DNA from: an uncultured delta proteobacterium
GTDB lineage: Bacteria > Myxococcota > Myxococcia > Myxococcales > Myxococcaceae
Direction: 5' to 3'
DNA: 64,000 bases
NCBI GenBank assembly: GCA_963776345.1
Contig: CAVZMH010000007.1
Location: 42,709 to 106,708 of the forward strand
This document shows, piece by piece, positions 61,832 to 64,000 of this stretch. The notes beneath the pieces are model-generated. The model was not told where the DNA came from. It was given only the letters and a program-made list of their open reading frames with translations, and did not search any database. Positions within the stretch are counted from its first letter, which is position 1; each line of letters starts with the position of its first letter. Made by a program: the position numbers and the translations under genes.

Positions 61832-63334
61832 TCAGAGGCCCGGAGGACGCAGGGCGCGGCGGGGGATCTCCCCCTCCACGAAGACGCGGAGCAGCTCACC
61901 GTCGAGCATCCCGTTCTTCGCCTCCTGGTGGAGGATGTCCAGCGCGGCGGGGTGGGGCACGGCCTTCTTGTACGGACGGTCGGCGGCGGTGAGGGCGTCG
62001 TACACGTCCGAGATGGCCATCATCTTGGACTGCACCGGGATGGTCTCGGCGGGAATCTTCCGCGGGTACCCCGAGCCGTTGAGCCGCTCGTGGTGCGCGT
62101 AGGCGATGTCCGGCACCCGCTTCAGCGCCCGGGTCCAGGGAATCTGCGAGAGGAAGCGGAAGGTGTGGCTGACGTGGCTCTCGATCTCCAGCCGCTCCTC
62201 GGAGGAGAGCGAGCCGCGAGCGATGCTCAGCCGCTCCACCTCGCGGGGGAGGAGCAGCGGATGGTCGTCGTCCCGCTCGTTGCGGAAGCTCTGGCGGCCC
62301 AGGTCCGCCAGCCGCTCGAACCCGCCCGACGGCAGGATGGTGGGGCGGTTGCAGGCGAGGACGAACTCCAGCGTCTCGTCCAGCTCGCGGAGCTCGGCCT
62401 CGAGCCGCTCCAGCTCGTCGCGCTCACGCGAGTCGAGGAGCTTCCCGTCCCGGGCGGCCTCGAGCCGGCGCTCGACGCTCCGCAGCTGCCGGTCCTTCCG
62501 CGCCAGGGCGAAGCGGGCCCGAAGGACGTCCAGCTCCTGTGGAAAGAGCTTCTCGGCCTTGACCAGGACGTGCTCGCGGACGCCCACTTTCCCGAAGTCG
62601 TGGAGGAGCGACGCGTAGCGCATCTCCTGCACGTCCTGGGCGCCGAACCGGACGCGGGCGTAGGGACCGGTGCTCTGGTGCTCCAGCGCCGAGGCCAGGC
62701 CCACGGTGAGCTCGGCCACCCGGCTGGAGTGACCGGCGGTGGTCGGATCGCGCGACTCGATGGCCACCACCGAGGCGGACACGAAGCCCTCGAAGAGGCG
62801 GTTGATCTCGTCGTGGAGGAGCGCGTTCTCGATCGCCCCGGCGGCCTGGCCCCCGAGCGCCAGCAGGAGCTCGGAGTCCTCGTCGGTGAAGACCCCGAGG
62901 CGCTTGTTCAGCGCCTGGAGCACGCCGGTCACCTCGCCCTGGGCGTCGCGCATCGGCACGCAGAGGATGGTGTGGGTGCGGTACCCGGTGGCCGCGTCGA
63001 CGTCGCGGTTGAAGCGCGCGTCGGCGTAGGCGTCCTGGATGTTGATGACCTGCCCGGTCTCGGCGACCGAGCCGGCGATGCCCCGGCCGACCTTGACCCG
63101 GATCTCGTGGGCCGCGCCCTGCGCCACCTTGCTCCACAGCTCGCCCCGCTCCCGGTCGAGGATGAAGAGCGTGCAGCGGTCGGCGTCCACCACCTTCGCC
63201 GCCTCGTAGATGATGAGCGGGAGGAGGAGGTCGAGGTCCCGGGCCGCGGCCATGGCCTTGGCCACGTCGAGGATGGAGGTGAGCTTCGAGACTCGTCCGG
63301 CCAGGTCCTGCGGACTTTGGATGTCCGGGCTCAC
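61832..63334 (-). CDS. GAF + HD-GYP cyclic-dinucleotide phosphodiesterase-like protein
   Basis: GAF domain (DAYADARFN..D..TGYRT, LNK..F), then TAGHS, LLHDFGK and HHERLNGSGYP. Confidence 0.92.
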   Translation of the reverse strand: MSPDIQSPQDLAGRVSKLTSILDVAKAMAAARDLDLLLPLIIYEAAKVVDADRCTLFILDRERGELWSKVAQGAAHEIRVKVGRGIAGSVAETGQVINIQDAYADARFNRDVDAATGYRTHTILCVPMRDAQGEVTGVLQALNKRLGVFTDEDSELLLALGGQAAGAIENALLHDEINRLFEGFVSASVVAIESRDPTTAGHSSRVAELTVGLASALEHQSTGPYARVRFGAQDVQEMRYASLLHDFGKVGVREHVLVKAEKLFPQELDVLRARFALARKDRQLRSVERRLEAARDGKLLDSRERDELERLEAELRELDETLEFVLACNRPTILPSGGFERLADLGRQSFRNERDDDHPLLLPREVERLSIARGSLSSEERLEIESHVSHTFRFLSQIPWTRALKRVPDIAYAHHERLNGSGYPRKIPAETIPVQSKMMAISDVYDALTAADRPYKKAVPHPAALDILHQEAKNGMLDGELLRVFVEGEIPRRALRPPGL

Positions 63335-63381
63335 CGGCAAGACGCTACTCCAACGGGTGGCCGGAGGAGGCCCCGGGCGCC

Positions 63382-63762
63382 CTAGTGGCGCTCACCCGCG
63401 CCGGCCAGTCGTGCCACCTTGGACATGAAGGAAGGGTCGAACGGCTTCACGTCGTAGTCGTCCGCCCCGAGCTCCAGGCAGACATGCCGGGTGAACTGGT
63501 CCTCGATGGCCGAGAGGACCAGGACCTTGATGTTCTTGGTGCGCGGATCCCGCTTCAGGGCGGCCAGGAGGTCGCGGCCGTCCACGTGCTGCTTGAGGTC
63601 GAGGATGATGACCGCCGGCTGGTGTCGCACCGCCAATTCCAGCACTTGCTGGGACGTGGTGTCGGTGATGTAGGACAGGCCGGCGCGGCGGGCCTCGCGG
63701 GCCAGGGCGGCCACGACGCCAGGTTCGTCGTCGGCGATCAGAATGGTGGGCTTCTCGGACAT
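63382..63762 (-). CDS. Single-domain response regulator
   Basis: ILIADDE, IILD, LS and GADDYDVKPF motifs. Confidence 0.9.
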   Translation of the reverse strand: MSEKPTILIADDEPGVVAALAREARRAGLSYITDTTSQQVLELAVRHQPAVIILDLKQHVDGRDLLAALKRDPRTKNIKVLVLSAIEDQFTRHVCLELGADDYDVKPFDPSFMSKVARLAGAGERH

Positions 63763-63787
63763 GGTGCTCTCGCGTCCGGGAGGGATC

Positions 63788-63802
63788 GCAAGAAGCACAC
63801 CG
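63788..63802 (-). promoter_or_regulatory. Possible sigma54 -24/-12 element for the response regulator
   Basis: Minus strand CGGTGTGCTTCTTGC has GG-N10-GC spacing with TTGC, 25 nt upstream of the ATG. Confidence 0.35.
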
Positions 63803-63965
63803 GCATGTAACTCCAGCGGTCCCGCGGGGTTGGGGGTGTGGTCGGTGGGTCACCCCGGATGTGGGGGGTCGTCCTTGCGCGGTCAGTCCGGACCTCGCGG
63901 CGGGTTGACCCTCGGGGGCACCATCGGTTACGGAAGGCGTCCCTCGACGAGAGGGGTGTCGGACT

Positions 63966-64000
63966 CGGGGAGTGGCTCAGCCTGGTAGAGCACTTGGTTC
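63966..64000 (+). tRNA. tRNA-Pro (likely CGG), truncated by the window end
   Basis: CGGGGAG-TG-GCTCAGCCTGGTAGAGC-A-CTTGG-TTC gives the 5' acceptor strand, D arm and 5' anticodon arm. Only the first anticodon base (C) is visible. TTGACC lies upstream at 63905. Confidence 0.85.

Overview
Very GC-rich bacterial chromosome segment. Gene content (giant TPR protein, Ser/Thr kinase-TPR, GAF/HD-GYP, CarQ/CarR-like ECF pair) suggests Myxococcota, but that is inference. It holds about 58 mostly housekeeping or envelope genes, including queC, queF, D-Ala-D-Ala dipeptidase, cardiolipin synthase, ada, pfkA, a heme A synthase-like gene, rtcB, ygfZ, VKOR-DsbA, an NAD-IDH family enzyme, dusB, an NFACT/RqcH-like gene, pyk and two M28 peptidases, and it ends in a truncated tRNA-Pro. 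I found no CRISPR array, prophage, integrase, transposase or recognisable defence system, and no clear novel multi-gene system. The best leads lie outside the ORF track: (1) a 27-aa Lys/Arg-rich microprotein with its own sigma70 promoter, RBS and terminator; (2) three dispersed REP-like palindromes (CGAGGTGTC-AG-ACACCTCG type), each with duplicated half-sites; (3) a 143-bp element with perfect 26-bp terminal inverted repeats behind rtcB; (4) a Fur-like box on an outer-membrane protein promoter; (5) a decayed TetR remnant; (6) a LEA-like 11-mer repeat secreted protein. Several genes carry single-base frameshifts that look like sequencing errors. All family assignments come from motif recognition by eye, not database searches, and many starts were moved from the ORF track to more plausible codons.
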